Assembly: GCA_963817955.1 (NCBI GenBank)
Contig: CAWFQK010000003.1
Location: forward strand, 160,001 to 224,000
Length of the DNA stretch: 64,000 bases
Origin: an uncultured Gemmatimonadaceae bacterium
GTDB taxonomy: Bacteria; Gemmatimonadota; Gemmatimonadetes; Gemmatimonadales; Gemmatimonadaceae
Reading direction: 5' to 3'
The notes beneath the pieces are model-generated. The model was not told where the DNA came from, ran no database searches, and saw only the letters and a list, made by a program, of their open reading frames with translations. Shown here in pieces: positions 37,215-47,028 of the stretch (within the stretch, counting starts at the first letter, position 1; each line of letters begins with the position of its first letter). Position numbers and translations under genes: made by a program.

Positions 37215-37227
37215 ACAGCACATGCAG

Positions 37228-37254
37228 GTCCTTCGCCTTCGGCTCAGGATGACA
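37228..37254. repeat. half of a REP-like TGTCATCCTGAG..CGAAGGAC element
   Basis: GTCCTTCGCCTTCGGCTCAGGATGACA between the two parS-like sites. Confidence 0.4.
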
Positions 37255-37261
37255 ACCTCTA

Positions 37262-37277
37262 TGTGCCACGTGGCACT
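37262..37277. promoter_or_regulatory. putative parS site 2 (variant)
   Basis: tGTGCCACGTGGCACt, same 14-bp palindrome, 63 bp from site 1. Confidence 0.7.
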
Positions 37278-37290
37278 TACTTCCGATCGA

Positions 37291-38061
37291 CTATCGCTGC
37301 GGAAGGAATGTCCAGCGTGCCGACACGGTCGTGGTGACAGCCTGCTGCCCCGGCTCGATGGGCGTGGGGGCGAATGCATCCGCCGTCATCCGCGCCATCG
37401 CCATCTCGGTCCGCGGCATCTGGAACGATGAGGTCTGTAGCTCGAGCAAGGGACCGAGCGCTCCGCCGGCAGCTCGCGCGAGCGTCTCCGCGTCGGCCCG
37501 AGCGTTGACCACCGCAGCGGCAAGTGCCGCGCGTCGAGCCGAATCGGCCTTGGATGAGTAAAATTGGAGGCTGGAAATCTGGTTCGCGCCCTTGGCGAGC
37601 GCTGCGTCGATCAGCCGGCCGACGTCGTCCAGCTTTCGAACTTCCGCGCGGACGGTGTTGGTGACGGTGTAGCCAGTCACTCTGGGCGGAATCTGCCCGT
37701 TCGGACTGTACTGCATCTCCGGCGACACACTGTAGTTGATGGTCGATAGCTCGTCGCCCGTGAGACCGAGCGCGCGAAGCGTGTCGAGGATCGCCCGTTG
37801 ACGGCGAGCGTTATCGATGCCGGCAGCAGCAGCGGTCGTTGCCCGGCTCTGTACTCCGATAAAGATTGTTGCGCGATCGGGCGAGACGCGGGCTTCGCCC
37901 GAACCCGTCGTGATGATCTGGGGCGGCGCAGCGGCGGTCTGCGCCGAAGCGCGCGTCGTCGTCGCCGAGGCTGCCGCGGCGACGACGCCTGCCGTGAGTA
38001 TCCAGGTACGCAAACCAAGTCTCCGTGTGAGTGGGTGTGGCGAGCTGACGAGTGCCCGCAA
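37291..38061 (-). CDS. SIMPL (DUF541) domain protein
   Basis: Signal peptide, GEARVSPDRA, GYTVTNTV, GANQI, PIEPGQ. Confidence 0.9.
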   Translation of the reverse strand: MRALVSSPHPLTRRLGLRTWILTAGVVAAAASATTTRASAQTAAAPPQIITTGSGEARVSPDRATIFIGVQSRATTAAAAGIDNARRQRAILDTLRALGLTGDELSTINYSVSPEMQYSPNGQIPPRVTGYTVTNTVRAEVRKLDDVGRLIDAALAKGANQISSLQFYSSKADSARRAALAAAVVNARADAETLARAAGGALGPLLELQTSSFQMPRTEMAMARMTADAFAPTPIEPGQQAVTTTVSARWTFLPQR

Positions 38062-38133
38062 GGCTCGTGCTCGATATTAATGCGCAAGTCGATACTAATT
38101 GCGAGCGCGCAATGGTCTGAGACCCTGAACGGG

Positions 38134-40074
38134 TCAGCGCGCCTCCGATCTGCGGCGCCGCTTCTCGATCTCGAGCACGAGGTTCTGTAGGTCCGTGGGG
38201 CTGACACCGGGAATGCGCGCCGCCTGGGCCAACGTCCCCGGGCGAATGGCGGCGAGCTTCTGCCGCGATTCGAAGGACAGCGACACCATGTCTCCGTACG
38301 GAACGCTCGCATCGAGGGCGAATTGCCCCAGGCGACGCATCTTTGCTGCCTGATCGCGCTCGCGGATGAAGTAGCCCGCGTACTTGAGCTCCAGTTCCGC
38401 CGTGATGATCGCATCGCGCTGCAGGTCCTGTCCGACGTGCGCGGCATCAAACAACTCTGATAAATAAACTCTCTGACGCCTGGCTACCTCGGCGATCTTC
38501 ACGGAATGCGCCAGCGGCGCGCTGTCGGCGCGCACCAGCAGTGGATCGGCCTGCGCCGGTACGATGCTCGTCGCCTCGGCCAGTGCGCGCGCTCGGTCTT
38601 CGTGCGCGAATCGTACGTCGATCATCGCGCGCTCGGTGTCGCTGAACAACCCAGCTTCGAGTGCGATCGGCGCAAGGCGGCGCAGGGCGTTGTCCTGGCG
38701 CACCGTCAAGCGGAACTCGGAACGCGACGTGAACAAGCGATACGGCTCGTCGACGCCGCGGGTGACCAGATCGTCGATCAGCACACCGATGTACGACGTC
38801 TCGCGCCCGAGCACGAGGCTCGAAGCGCCGAGGGCCCGGCGCGCGGCGTTCAATCCGGCAACGACGCCCTGCCCTGCGGCTTCCTCGTAGCCCGTGGTGC
38901 CGTTGATCTGTCCTGCGAAGAACAGGCCTGGCAGCGCCTTCACCTGCAGGGTCGCGTCGAGCTGCGTCGGCGGGTAGTAGTCGTATTCAATCGCATATCC
39001 GGCGCGCGTCATGCGTGCCTGCTCCAGGCCCGGCACGGTATGCAGTACGTCGAGTTGTACCTCCGCGGGAAGTGACGTGGAGAGACCGTTGACGTACAGT
39101 TCCGTCGTGTCGTGGCCCTCCGGCTCGAGGAAGAGCTGGTGGCGTTCCGCCGCAGGGAACTTCACGATCTTGTCCTCGACCGAGGGACAGTAGCGCGGTC
39201 CGCGAGCACCAATGGCGCCACCATACATTGCCGACCGGCCAATGTTCTCCTGGATCACGCGCTTGCCGTCCTCCCCGAGGAACGTGATCCAGCACGGCAT
39301 CTGCGTCGGATGGCGAGTGACCTCGCCCACTCGCCGAGCCGTCGTCCAGAAGTGCGACCACGAATAATCGAACGCTTCGATCTCCGTTTCTTGCCGAGCG
39401 AGGCGCGAGTAGTCCACAGATCGACCATCGATGCGCGGCGGCGTCCCTGTCTTGAATCGATCGACGACGAGTCCCAGCTGCTCGAGTTGCTCGGCGAGAT
39501 GTGTCGCCGACGATTCCCCTGCGCGGCCTCCAGCGATCTTCGTCTCAGTGCCGATGTAAATGCGCCCACGCAGGAACGTTCCGGTGGTGATCACAACGGA
39601 GGTCGCGCCGAAGCGGCGTCCCTCGAGCGTTTCCACGCCGGCGACGGCGCCGGTTGCCGAGTCGGTGAGCAGGCGCGCGACGGTGCCCTGGATTGTCTGA
39701 AGCGCCGCGTGCTCCTCGAGGAGAGCCCGAACGGCGCGCCGATACAATCCGCGATCGCACTGCGCGCGCGGCGACCACACCGCGGGCCCCTTACTGCGAT
39801 TCAGCATGCGAAATTGCAGCGAGGCAAGGTCGGTGGCGCGCGCCATGATCCCGCCCAACGCATCGACTTCCCGGACGACGGTGCCCTTCGCCACACCGCC
39901 GATGGCGGGATTGCACGACATCTGACCGATGGTCTCGAGCGCGCTCGTCACAAGCGCCACCCGCGCGCCGGCGCGTGCGGCCGCGACGGCGGCCTCGGTG
40001 CCGGCGTGTCCCGCCCCAACGACGAGAACGTCGAACGTGGCTTCGAGCTTTCGGGTCGCGTGCGCGGTGGTCAT
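38134..40074 (-). CDS. mnmG: tRNA uridine-5-carboxymethylaminomethyl synthesis enzyme MnmG
   Basis: VVGAGHAG, MSCNPAIGG, RFKTGTPPR, GPRYCPS, AGQINGTTGYEEAA. Confidence 0.96.
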   Translation of the reverse strand: MTTAHATRKLEATFDVLVVGAGHAGTEAAVAAARAGARVALVTSALETIGQMSCNPAIGGVAKGTVVREVDALGGIMARATDLASLQFRMLNRSKGPAVWSPRAQCDRGLYRRAVRALLEEHAALQTIQGTVARLLTDSATGAVAGVETLEGRRFGATSVVITTGTFLRGRIYIGTETKIAGGRAGESSATHLAEQLEQLGLVVDRFKTGTPPRIDGRSVDYSRLARQETEIEAFDYSWSHFWTTARRVGEVTRHPTQMPCWITFLGEDGKRVIQENIGRSAMYGGAIGARGPRYCPSVEDKIVKFPAAERHQLFLEPEGHDTTELYVNGLSTSLPAEVQLDVLHTVPGLEQARMTRAGYAIEYDYYPPTQLDATLQVKALPGLFFAGQINGTTGYEEAAGQGVVAGLNAARRALGASSLVLGRETSYIGVLIDDLVTRGVDEPYRLFTSRSEFRLTVRQDNALRRLAPIALEAGLFSDTERAMIDVRFAHEDRARALAEATSIVPAQADPLLVRADSAPLAHSVKIAEVARRQRVYLSELFDAAHVGQDLQRDAIITAELELKYAGYFIRERDQAAKMRRLGQFALDASVPYGDMVSLSFESRQKLAAIRPGTLAQAARIPGVSPTDLQNLVLEIEKRRRRSEAR

Positions 40075-40163
40075 GCCAAAAGGTATGGTGCCGCACCACA
40101 TGCAGGGAGCACGCGACGCTTGCATATATTGCAGGCCGTCAATTGCACGCAGGGAGTAGAGAG

Positions 40164-40454
40164 ATGGCTCTGAACATCAGCAGCGGCGCGCCCACGTTGT
40201 TCATTCGACGCCCGGCGTACGAATTGAGTGGACTCACGCGGGCCGCGCTCGATGAGCGACTGGGGCTCACGGCAGATGAGTTTCAGGTGGATGGCAACCT
40301 CGTAGCGATCGGTCCCATCTATGGCGCCGATGGGGGAGCCCTTGGCGATCTGATCGCTGAGCTCGAAGGAATGGGCCTGGTGTATTTCGACGACTTTTTC
40401 GAGCTCTCGGGAAACTGGCCGGAGTGGCTCCGACTACACGTCTCCGCTCGTTAA
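40164..40454 (+). CDS. conserved hypothetical protein
   Basis: GGAG RBS; GLVYFDDFFELSGNWPEWL C-terminus. Confidence 0.75.
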   Translation: MALNISSGAPTLFIRRPAYELSGLTRAALDERLGLTADEFQVDGNLVAIGPIYGADGGALGDLIAELEGMGLVYFDDFFELSGNWPEWLRLHVSAR

Positions 40455-40469
40455 TGACCTTCAGAGAGG

Positions 40470-41405
40470 TCATGCGCCGAGGAACTTGCGGAACCAGCCG
40501 ATCGTCAGCGGCCAAGCTTGACCGCTGGCCTTGACGTTGGCGTCGATCGGCGCGCCTGACTGGGGATCGTTGCGCTGACGAAGAAATCCGTGGCCAGCTC
40601 CCTCGAATGTGTGGGGATCGTACGTCTTGCCGTCCGCCTTCATCACCGAGTCGGTAGCGGGGATCGTAGCGCCAATGCGCTGATCGCTGCCGCCGTAGAG
40701 GCCGAGGACAGGCACCTTCACGTTCTTCACCTGTGAGTACTGTGCCGGCGTGATCGATCCGTAATACACTACCGCTGCCGCTAGCCCCTTCGGTGAGAGC
40801 AGTGCGTGGGCGAATGAAGCAGACCCTCCCCAGCAGAACCCGACAATGCCGTACTTCTTCTGTGCGGAGGGCAGGTTCATGCCCCAGTTCGCCACGGCCT
40901 CGAGCTGCCGCTGGTAATCCTCCGGCTTGATGTTTCGGATGGCGGCCGTTGCCGCCTGCGCTGCGACGGTGTCACCCTGAATGTGCTCGACCTTCCCTGT
41001 GAGCAGGTCCGGGGCAATCGCGATGTAGCCGTCGGCGGCGAGCTGATCGGCGACGCCACGAATCCAGGTGGAGAGGCCGTAGATCTCGTGGATCACGACC
41101 ACGACCGGTGCATTCGTGCGCCGCTGCGGGTACACCACCCAGGCGAGTACGCTGTCCGATGGTCCCGTCTTGATCATTTGATATTCGCCATGCCGTGGAG
41201 ACGCGGCGAGCCGCGCGGCAACTTCGGCCGAGCTTGCAGGATATGCCAAGTTCTGCTGCGAGAGCGGCACGGCCACGACTCCTGCTGCCGTACCGGAATC
41301 GTGGTGGCTATGATCGGAGTCCATGGTGCTGGTTCCACGCGCTTCGCAACCGGCGAGAACGCCGAGGGCGACGACGGGGAGCAACCCGAGGGGACGAACG
41401 GTCAT
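40470..41405 (-). CDS. dienelactone hydrolase family lipoprotein
   Basis: Lipobox LAGC, IHEIYGL, GFCWGG, GAGHGF. Confidence 0.92.
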   Translation of the reverse strand: MTVRPLGLLPVVALGVLAGCEARGTSTMDSDHSHHDSGTAAGVVAVPLSQQNLAYPASSAEVAARLAASPRHGEYQMIKTGPSDSVLAWVVYPQRRTNAPVVVVIHEIYGLSTWIRGVADQLAADGYIAIAPDLLTGKVEHIQGDTVAAQAATAAIRNIKPEDYQRQLEAVANWGMNLPSAQKKYGIVGFCWGGSASFAHALLSPKGLAAAVVYYGSITPAQYSQVKNVKVPVLGLYGGSDQRIGATIPATDSVMKADGKTYDPHTFEGAGHGFLRQRNDPQSGAPIDANVKASGQAWPLTIGWFRKFLGA

Positions 41406-41482
41406 GCGGCTCTCCTGCTGACGTGGTCAGCGCACCTGAATAGCAAATGAAGCGGTCGAGACTCTATCCGCTCATTTGCAAG

Positions 41483-42529
41483 TCAAGCACCGAACGCCGT
41501 TCTGAGCTCCTCGTTCAGAAATTCGCAGGCCCGCCACTCCGCATAGTAGATCGGGTGCCAGGGCCATCGTCCCGCGACGAATCCGACGTGCCCGCCATGC
41601 TCAGAGAACTCCGGCACGAGGCAGCTGTTGTGATCGGCAATCGCACGAACTTCGTCGAGCACTTCGGCGGGCAGGAACGGATCGTCTACGGCGCTGAGCA
41701 GCAGCGTTGGCCGAGCAATACGAGCGAGCCAGTGGAGGGAGCTGGAGCGCGTGTAGTAGTCATCTGCGTCGGCAAAGCCGTGCACGGGAGCCGTCACAGC
41801 GTCGTCGAAATCGTAGACCGATCGAGCGCGCTCGAGGGCAGCGCGGTCAAACAGGCCCGGATACCGCTCCAGCTTGGCGAGCGCCTTCTTGCGTAGTGAT
41901 CGCAAGAAATGCCGGTCATAGACGCGGGCGAATCCATGTGAGATGAATCGGCAGCCGCGCTCGAGATCAAAGGGTACAGATATGGCCGCCGCGGCTCGCA
42001 CACGGCTCGATAATGCGCGTCCCTGCTCCCCGAGATACTTGAGCAGCACGTTGCCACCGAGCGATACGCCGGCGAGCAGGACCGGCGCAGATGGATCTTC
42101 CGCCAGGATTCGATCGAGCACGAACGCGGGATCGGTGGTCTCACCCGAGTGGTAGAAACGCGGTGTCCGATTTGGCTCCTCACCGCACCCGCGAAAGACG
42201 AGGAGGTCGGCTGCCCAGCCGCGCCGTTTAGCTTCATTGAAGAAGCCGCCGACGTAATGCGATCTGATGGTGCCCTCGAGCCCATGGAGCAGGAGCAGTC
42301 GCGGCGCACCCCTTGGCGCGTCGAGGCGGTGGAGATCGACGAAATCGCCGTCCGGCGTGTCCCATCGCTCCCGGCGTGTTGGGACGAGCGGACGCGGACG
42401 GAAGAACTTGCCCCACAGGGTCTGCACATGAGCACCCCGTACCCACCATGCGGGGCTATAGGTATACTCGCTTTGGCGATGTGATGACACGAAAGGCTGA
42501 TTCCCCGGCGAATGGTGGCCGGCAATCAA
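41483..42529 (-). CDS. YheT-family alpha/beta hydrolase
   Basis: HGLEG, YHSGET, GVSLGG, DDPF, GGHVGF; start uncertain. Confidence 0.9.
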   Translation of the reverse strand: MIAGHHSPGNQPFVSSHRQSEYTYSPAWWVRGAHVQTLWGKFFRPRPLVPTRRERWDTPDGDFVDLHRLDAPRGAPRLLLLHGLEGTIRSHYVGGFFNEAKRRGWAADLLVFRGCGEEPNRTPRFYHSGETTDPAFVLDRILAEDPSAPVLLAGVSLGGNVLLKYLGEQGRALSSRVRAAAAISVPFDLERGCRFISHGFARVYDRHFLRSLRKKALAKLERYPGLFDRAALERARSVYDFDDAVTAPVHGFADADDYYTRSSSLHWLARIARPTLLLSAVDDPFLPAEVLDEVRAIADHNSCLVPEFSEHGGHVGFVAGRWPWHPIYYAEWRACEFLNEELRTAFGA

Positions 42530-42548
42530 TAACAGACCAGCGCGACCG

Positions 42549-42896
42549 ATGGAAGTTCAGATCTTTGGCATCAAGAAAAGCTCCGATACACGGAAGGCAC
42601 TTCGCTTCTTTTCCGAGCGGCGGATCAAAACGCACTTCGTCGATTTCGACGAACGCGCCGCCAGCCTGGGGGAGTTGCGCCGTTTCGTACAGAAGTTCGG
42701 CCTGGACCGGCTGATCGATCGCGAGTCGAAGCGCTATGGCGATCTTGGCTTGCGCCACGCGCGCATGTCCGACGAACGCTGGTTGGAGAAGCTCCTGGAC
42801 GAGCCACTCCTGCTGCGGATGCCGCTCGTACGCAACGGCAACGCACTGACTGTGGGCTTGGCTGAAAACGACTGGAAGGACTGGACGACAAAGTGA
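42549..42896 (+). CDS. ArsC/Spx/YffB-family protein
   Basis: QIFGIKKSSDTRKALRFF..PLLLRMPLVR. Confidence 0.85.
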   Translation: MEVQIFGIKKSSDTRKALRFFSERRIKTHFVDFDERAASLGELRRFVQKFGLDRLIDRESKRYGDLGLRHARMSDERWLEKLLDEPLLLRMPLVRNGNALTVGLAENDWKDWTTK

Positions 42897-44851
42897 CGCA
42901 CCTCGCAGTCTCGAATGCAGTGGTTGAATTCGGCGCCACGCTCCTCTTCAAAGACATCTCCTTCACCGTCGAGGCTGGCGATCGCTGGGGGATTGTTGGC
43001 CGCAACGGCACGGGCAAGACGACTCTGTTTCGTCTCCTCACTGGGGAGATGCAGCCGTCGAGCGGCCAGATATCTCGGCAGCCGGGCATCCGTGTGTCGC
43101 TCATGGAGCAGCACCGCGAGTTCGCCGGAGCGACAACCATCTGGGAGGTGGCGGCGGGCCAGTTCGCGGACTTACTCGCCCTCGAACAGTCCATCATGGA
43201 GCAGGCGAGCCAGCTCGAGCACGACGCGAGCGAAGCAGCGCTCGAACGATACGGCCGAGACCTCGAGCGTTTCGAGCGAGAGGGCGGATATACGATTGCA
43301 CCCCGCGTGGACGCGGTGTTGCACGGCCTTGGCTTCGATCCGGCAGCTGCGCGTACGACGCCGATCGTGCAACTGAGCGGCGGAGAGCGAGGTCGGCTCG
43401 GTCTCGCGCGGCAGCTCGTCAGCCCGGCAGACGTTCTGCTGCTCGATGAGCCGACGAACCATCTCGATCTGGAAACGACCCGTTGGCTGGAAGAGTATCT
43501 CGCCGGCGTGTCTACAACGGTGCTGCTGATCAGTCACGATCGCGCGTTTCTCGCGGCCGTCGTCGATCACGTGCTGCACTTCGAGGGCAATTCGGCAGAC
43601 GCCTATGTCGGTAGTTACGCCGCGTTCGTGGAGCAGCGAACGCTTCGCCGCCTCACGCAGCAGCGCCAGTTTACCCAGCAGCAAAGGAAGATCGCGAGCG
43701 AGCAGGACTACATCGCGCGGAATCTCGCGGGCCAGAACACTAAGCAGGCCAAGGGAAGGCGGAAACTTCTCAACCGGATGCCGCGGCTCAGTGCGCCGGT
43801 GGGTGAGGATGGCACGATGGCTGTGCGCTTCGACGTAGCCGAGCGTGGTGGCGATCGTGTGATATCCGCCGAGCATGCAAAGGTGATGGTTGGGGACCGC
43901 GTGCTGATTCAGGACCTCACTGCAACGCTGATGCGTGGTGACACCCTCGGCCTCCTGGGGCCGAATGGGTCTGGAAAGTCAACGCTCATCCGCACCTTGC
44001 TCGGCGACCATCCGATCTCGGGGGGCGAATTGCGCATCGGTGGCGGAATCAAGGTTGGCTATTATCGCCAGGACATGACGCAGGTACCGCTCGACAAAAC
44101 GCTGTTTGACGTGATCAACGACCTGCGCCCCACGTGGGATCGACGCATGGTGCAGGGTCATCTCGGTCGCTTCGGCTTTTCCGGCGACGAGGCGCAGCGA
44201 CGTGCCGATACGCTGTCCGGAGGCGAACGCGCTCGCATCGCATTGGCGATGTTGATGCTCAGTCGCGCAAACTTGCTGATCCTCGACGAACCGACCAACC
44301 ATCTCGATGTCGAGTCGATTGAAACACTGGAAGACGCGATCGAGCAGTACGAGGGCAGCGTACTCCTCGTGAGCCACGATCGAGAGCTGCTCCGAGCATT
44401 GACGACGCGATTGTGGGTGTTGCACGAACGGCACGTGACGGACTTCGACGGCAACTTCGCCGAGTGGGAGGTGGTGTCCACGGAGCGACAGCACGCGGCA
44501 ACGGTGCGTGCGTCGGAAGACGAAGCACTGCGTCGTGTGCAGGAAAAGAAGAAGACGGTGCGGCGCGAAGAGGCGAGTCGTGGCACGAAGCACGCGAACC
44601 GTACTGCGGAGCGCACCGCCGAGCGGCGGGTGGCGGAACTGGAGGCGGATATCCAGAGACTCGAGCTGCGTATCGAGACGCTGACGCACGAGCTCGAAGA
44701 TCCGGAGCTGTACACCAAGCCGAACGGTGTGTCCCGGGCAACGGAATTGGGATCGCAGCTCGAGGTGCTCAAGCGCGATCTGGAACGCGCGCTCGACGCA
44801 TGGGGTACGGCCACCGAAGCGCTCGAAACTTTCACGAAGAGCAGTTCCTAG
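42893..44851 (+). CDS. ABC-F family ATP-binding protein
   Basis: Two NBDs with LSGGE and DEPTNHLD, no TM segments, C-terminal coiled coil. Confidence 0.93.
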   Translation: MTHLAVSNAVVEFGATLLFKDISFTVEAGDRWGIVGRNGTGKTTLFRLLTGEMQPSSGQISRQPGIRVSLMEQHREFAGATTIWEVAAGQFADLLALEQSIMEQASQLEHDASEAALERYGRDLERFEREGGYTIAPRVDAVLHGLGFDPAAARTTPIVQLSGGERGRLGLARQLVSPADVLLLDEPTNHLDLETTRWLEEYLAGVSTTVLLISHDRAFLAAVVDHVLHFEGNSADAYVGSYAAFVEQRTLRRLTQQRQFTQQQRKIASEQDYIARNLAGQNTKQAKGRRKLLNRMPRLSAPVGEDGTMAVRFDVAERGGDRVISAEHAKVMVGDRVLIQDLTATLMRGDTLGLLGPNGSGKSTLIRTLLGDHPISGGELRIGGGIKVGYYRQDMTQVPLDKTLFDVINDLRPTWDRRMVQGHLGRFGFSGDEAQRRADTLSGGERARIALAMLMLSRANLLILDEPTNHLDVESIETLEDAIEQYEGSVLLVSHDRELLRALTTRLWVLHERHVTDFDGNFAEWEVVSTERQHAATVRASEDEALRRVQEKKKTVRREEASRGTKHANRTAERTAERRVAELEADIQRLELRIETLTHELEDPELYTKPNGVSRATELGSQLEVLKRDLERALDAWGTATEALETFTKSSS

Positions 44852-44871
44852 AGCGCGCCGACTCGCCGCGA

Positions 44872-47010
44872 ATGCTCAGCCTTCTCTTGTTCGCCCAGCT
44901 TTCGGTGAGCGCGCCGAAGGCGGACTCCACGTACTCGACCGCCGCGCTGCGGAGCCTGGTTGCCCGCGCGGCCGTCGAGAATCACCGCCCGCCTGCCGAG
45001 CTGCGATCATACAGCAGCCACGTGGAAACAGAAGTCGCGTTGATGCTCCGCGACACGCTCGGCCGCGAGCGTTCCGCGGAGATGGAACAGATGGCCACGA
45101 ATGCCACGTGGGATCGCGGCGGACGATACGATCTGCACATCGTGGGGTATCGTTCGCAGAGCGTGGGCGTGCCGTATTCCACATTGAGCATCATCCGCGC
45201 GTGGACGGTGCCGACGCTGTATGGCGAGCGGCTTTCGCTCGGCGCGTACTTCACGCGCACGAACCTGGGCGACACGCTCATCGCCGTACATCCGTTTGCA
45301 GCCGACCGCGATCGCTATTATCGCTTTTCCGGCGGTGATACGGTTGCAAGCCTGCACGCCGGCAATCGGACCATTCAGATCGTGCGAGTCCGGGTGCACC
45401 CGGCATTTCAGTCGCGAACACCGCTCGGTGCATTTGACGGCGAGATCGATCTCGATGCTGAAAGAGGACAGATCATTCGCATGCGCGGCCAGTTCATGAG
45501 GCTCGGACCGGCGGCGAGCAAACGCGAGGCGCTGTCCAAGTGGAGCGGCATGGTCGCGGTGGCGTATATCGAGTTCGTCAACGCGGAAATCGGCGGCAAG
45601 TACTGGCTGCCGTCGTTTCAGCGCACCGAATTTCAAGCCAGCTTTCCGCTTTTTGGACAGACGCGGCCAATCTTCCGCATCGTATCGACGATCAGCGCCA
45701 TCGCGGTGAACGATACGGGTGCGGTGACGCCAGACACGATCGACTTTCCTCGAGTGATCGTGAGCTGGGCGCCGACCGACAGCGTGAATCGGTTTGCCGA
45801 TTGGCAGCGCGATCTTGGCACGCAGACCGCGTCGGTGCACTCCGATGACTTCGCCGACATGGCGCCCGACGAGTGGCGTTCCGATGGACCGCCGCGACTC
45901 GACATGTTCCCGAACAGCACGGCGCGAATCATCCGATTCAATCGTGTGGAAGGCCTGTACACGGGTGTTGCGCCGACGGTCAATTTTCGAAGCGCGGCGC
46001 CTGGGTTGAGCGTCGGCGCTGATGCCGGCTGGGCGTGGACCGAAAAGACGGTTCGTGGTGGCGCCTTCGTGAATTTCACAACGCAGCAGTGGACATATGG
46101 TCTGCGTGCGGAGCGTTCGCTGGAATCGACGAATGATTTCGTCTTGCCATTCAGCCAGGATCCCGGCGTCGGGGCCATCCTCAACTCGATCGACCCCTAC
46201 GATTATGTCGATCGCCGGACGGCGATGGCCTCGGTCACGCGGGTATTGCGTAGCGTTGATGTGGGCGTCGTGACACTGCAACTCGGCGGTGGCAGCGACA
46301 ATCCCGAACGCGCGCGACTGTCGCACGGTTTGATCCCTGGCGGCGCGCCGTTCCGTCCCAACCGCGGTGCCGCCGCAGGGAGCTACGCCATTGGGCGCGC
46401 TGACCTGGAGTTCCATCCGAACGTGACCGGAGACTTCGTGGAGCCCGGCCTCGGAATGCGCGCGCACTACGAAGCGGCATCGGGAACGCTCAACTGGCAG
46501 CGTGCCGAGTTGTCGCTGTCGGCTCGGAAATATTTCGGACCAGTGTCGCTTGCCGCACACGCGGACGGGGGCCTGCTGTTCGGCGCCGCGCCACCACCGC
46601 AAACGTTATTCGAGTTAGGCGGATCACAATCGCTCGAGGGCTATCAATACAAACAGTTCGCCGGCGACCGCGCTGCCCTGTTCCGCACCTTTGCGAGCTA
46701 CCGATTCGATCTCTGGAAACGTCCCTGGCATTTCTGGCGAAACTACTACCTGCCTGGAATCAGCCCCGGAGTAGCGGTGAGCGCGCAAGGCGGTTGGACT
46801 GAAATCTCGTCGCCCGGCGTAGCTCAGGCTGTGCGGGAGCTGGGTCTCGATGCAAATGGCAATCCTGTTTCGACCGCGACGGGCGGCGTGCGGGCTACCA
46901 TTGGCGGCGGGCTCACGCTGTTTTCCGACATCGTGCACATCGGCATCGCTCGCCCCGTGGACCGTCCCGCGCCATGGAGGTTCGTCATCGGATTCGGGCC
47001 GGCATTCTGA
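44872..47010 (+). CDS. hypothetical outer-membrane protein
   Basis: Start reassigned to ATG 44872; RFNRVEG motif, beta-barrel-like C-half ending in Phe. Confidence 0.75.
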   Translation: MLSLLLFAQLSVSAPKADSTYSTAALRSLVARAAVENHRPPAELRSYSSHVETEVALMLRDTLGRERSAEMEQMATNATWDRGGRYDLHIVGYRSQSVGVPYSTLSIIRAWTVPTLYGERLSLGAYFTRTNLGDTLIAVHPFAADRDRYYRFSGGDTVASLHAGNRTIQIVRVRVHPAFQSRTPLGAFDGEIDLDAERGQIIRMRGQFMRLGPAASKREALSKWSGMVAVAYIEFVNAEIGGKYWLPSFQRTEFQASFPLFGQTRPIFRIVSTISAIAVNDTGAVTPDTIDFPRVIVSWAPTDSVNRFADWQRDLGTQTASVHSDDFADMAPDEWRSDGPPRLDMFPNSTARIIRFNRVEGLYTGVAPTVNFRSAAPGLSVGADAGWAWTEKTVRGGAFVNFTTQQWTYGLRAERSLESTNDFVLPFSQDPGVGAILNSIDPYDYVDRRTAMASVTRVLRSVDVGVVTLQLGGGSDNPERARLSHGLIPGGAPFRPNRGAAAGSYAIGRADLEFHPNVTGDFVEPGLGMRAHYEAASGTLNWQRAELSLSARKYFGPVSLAAHADGGLLFGAAPPPQTLFELGGSQSLEGYQYKQFAGDRAALFRTFASYRFDLWKRPWHFWRNYYLPGISPGVAVSAQGGWTEISSPGVAQAVRELGLDANGNPVSTATGGVRATIGGGLTLFSDIVHIGIARPVDRPAPWRFVIGFGPAF

Positions 47011-47028
47011 CGCGGCTCCAACGCGCCG

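Noticed and set aside
44413..44871. N-terminal extension of the 865-aa ORF
   Set aside because: Overlaps the ABC-F gene in another frame; a signal-peptide-like start lies at 44872
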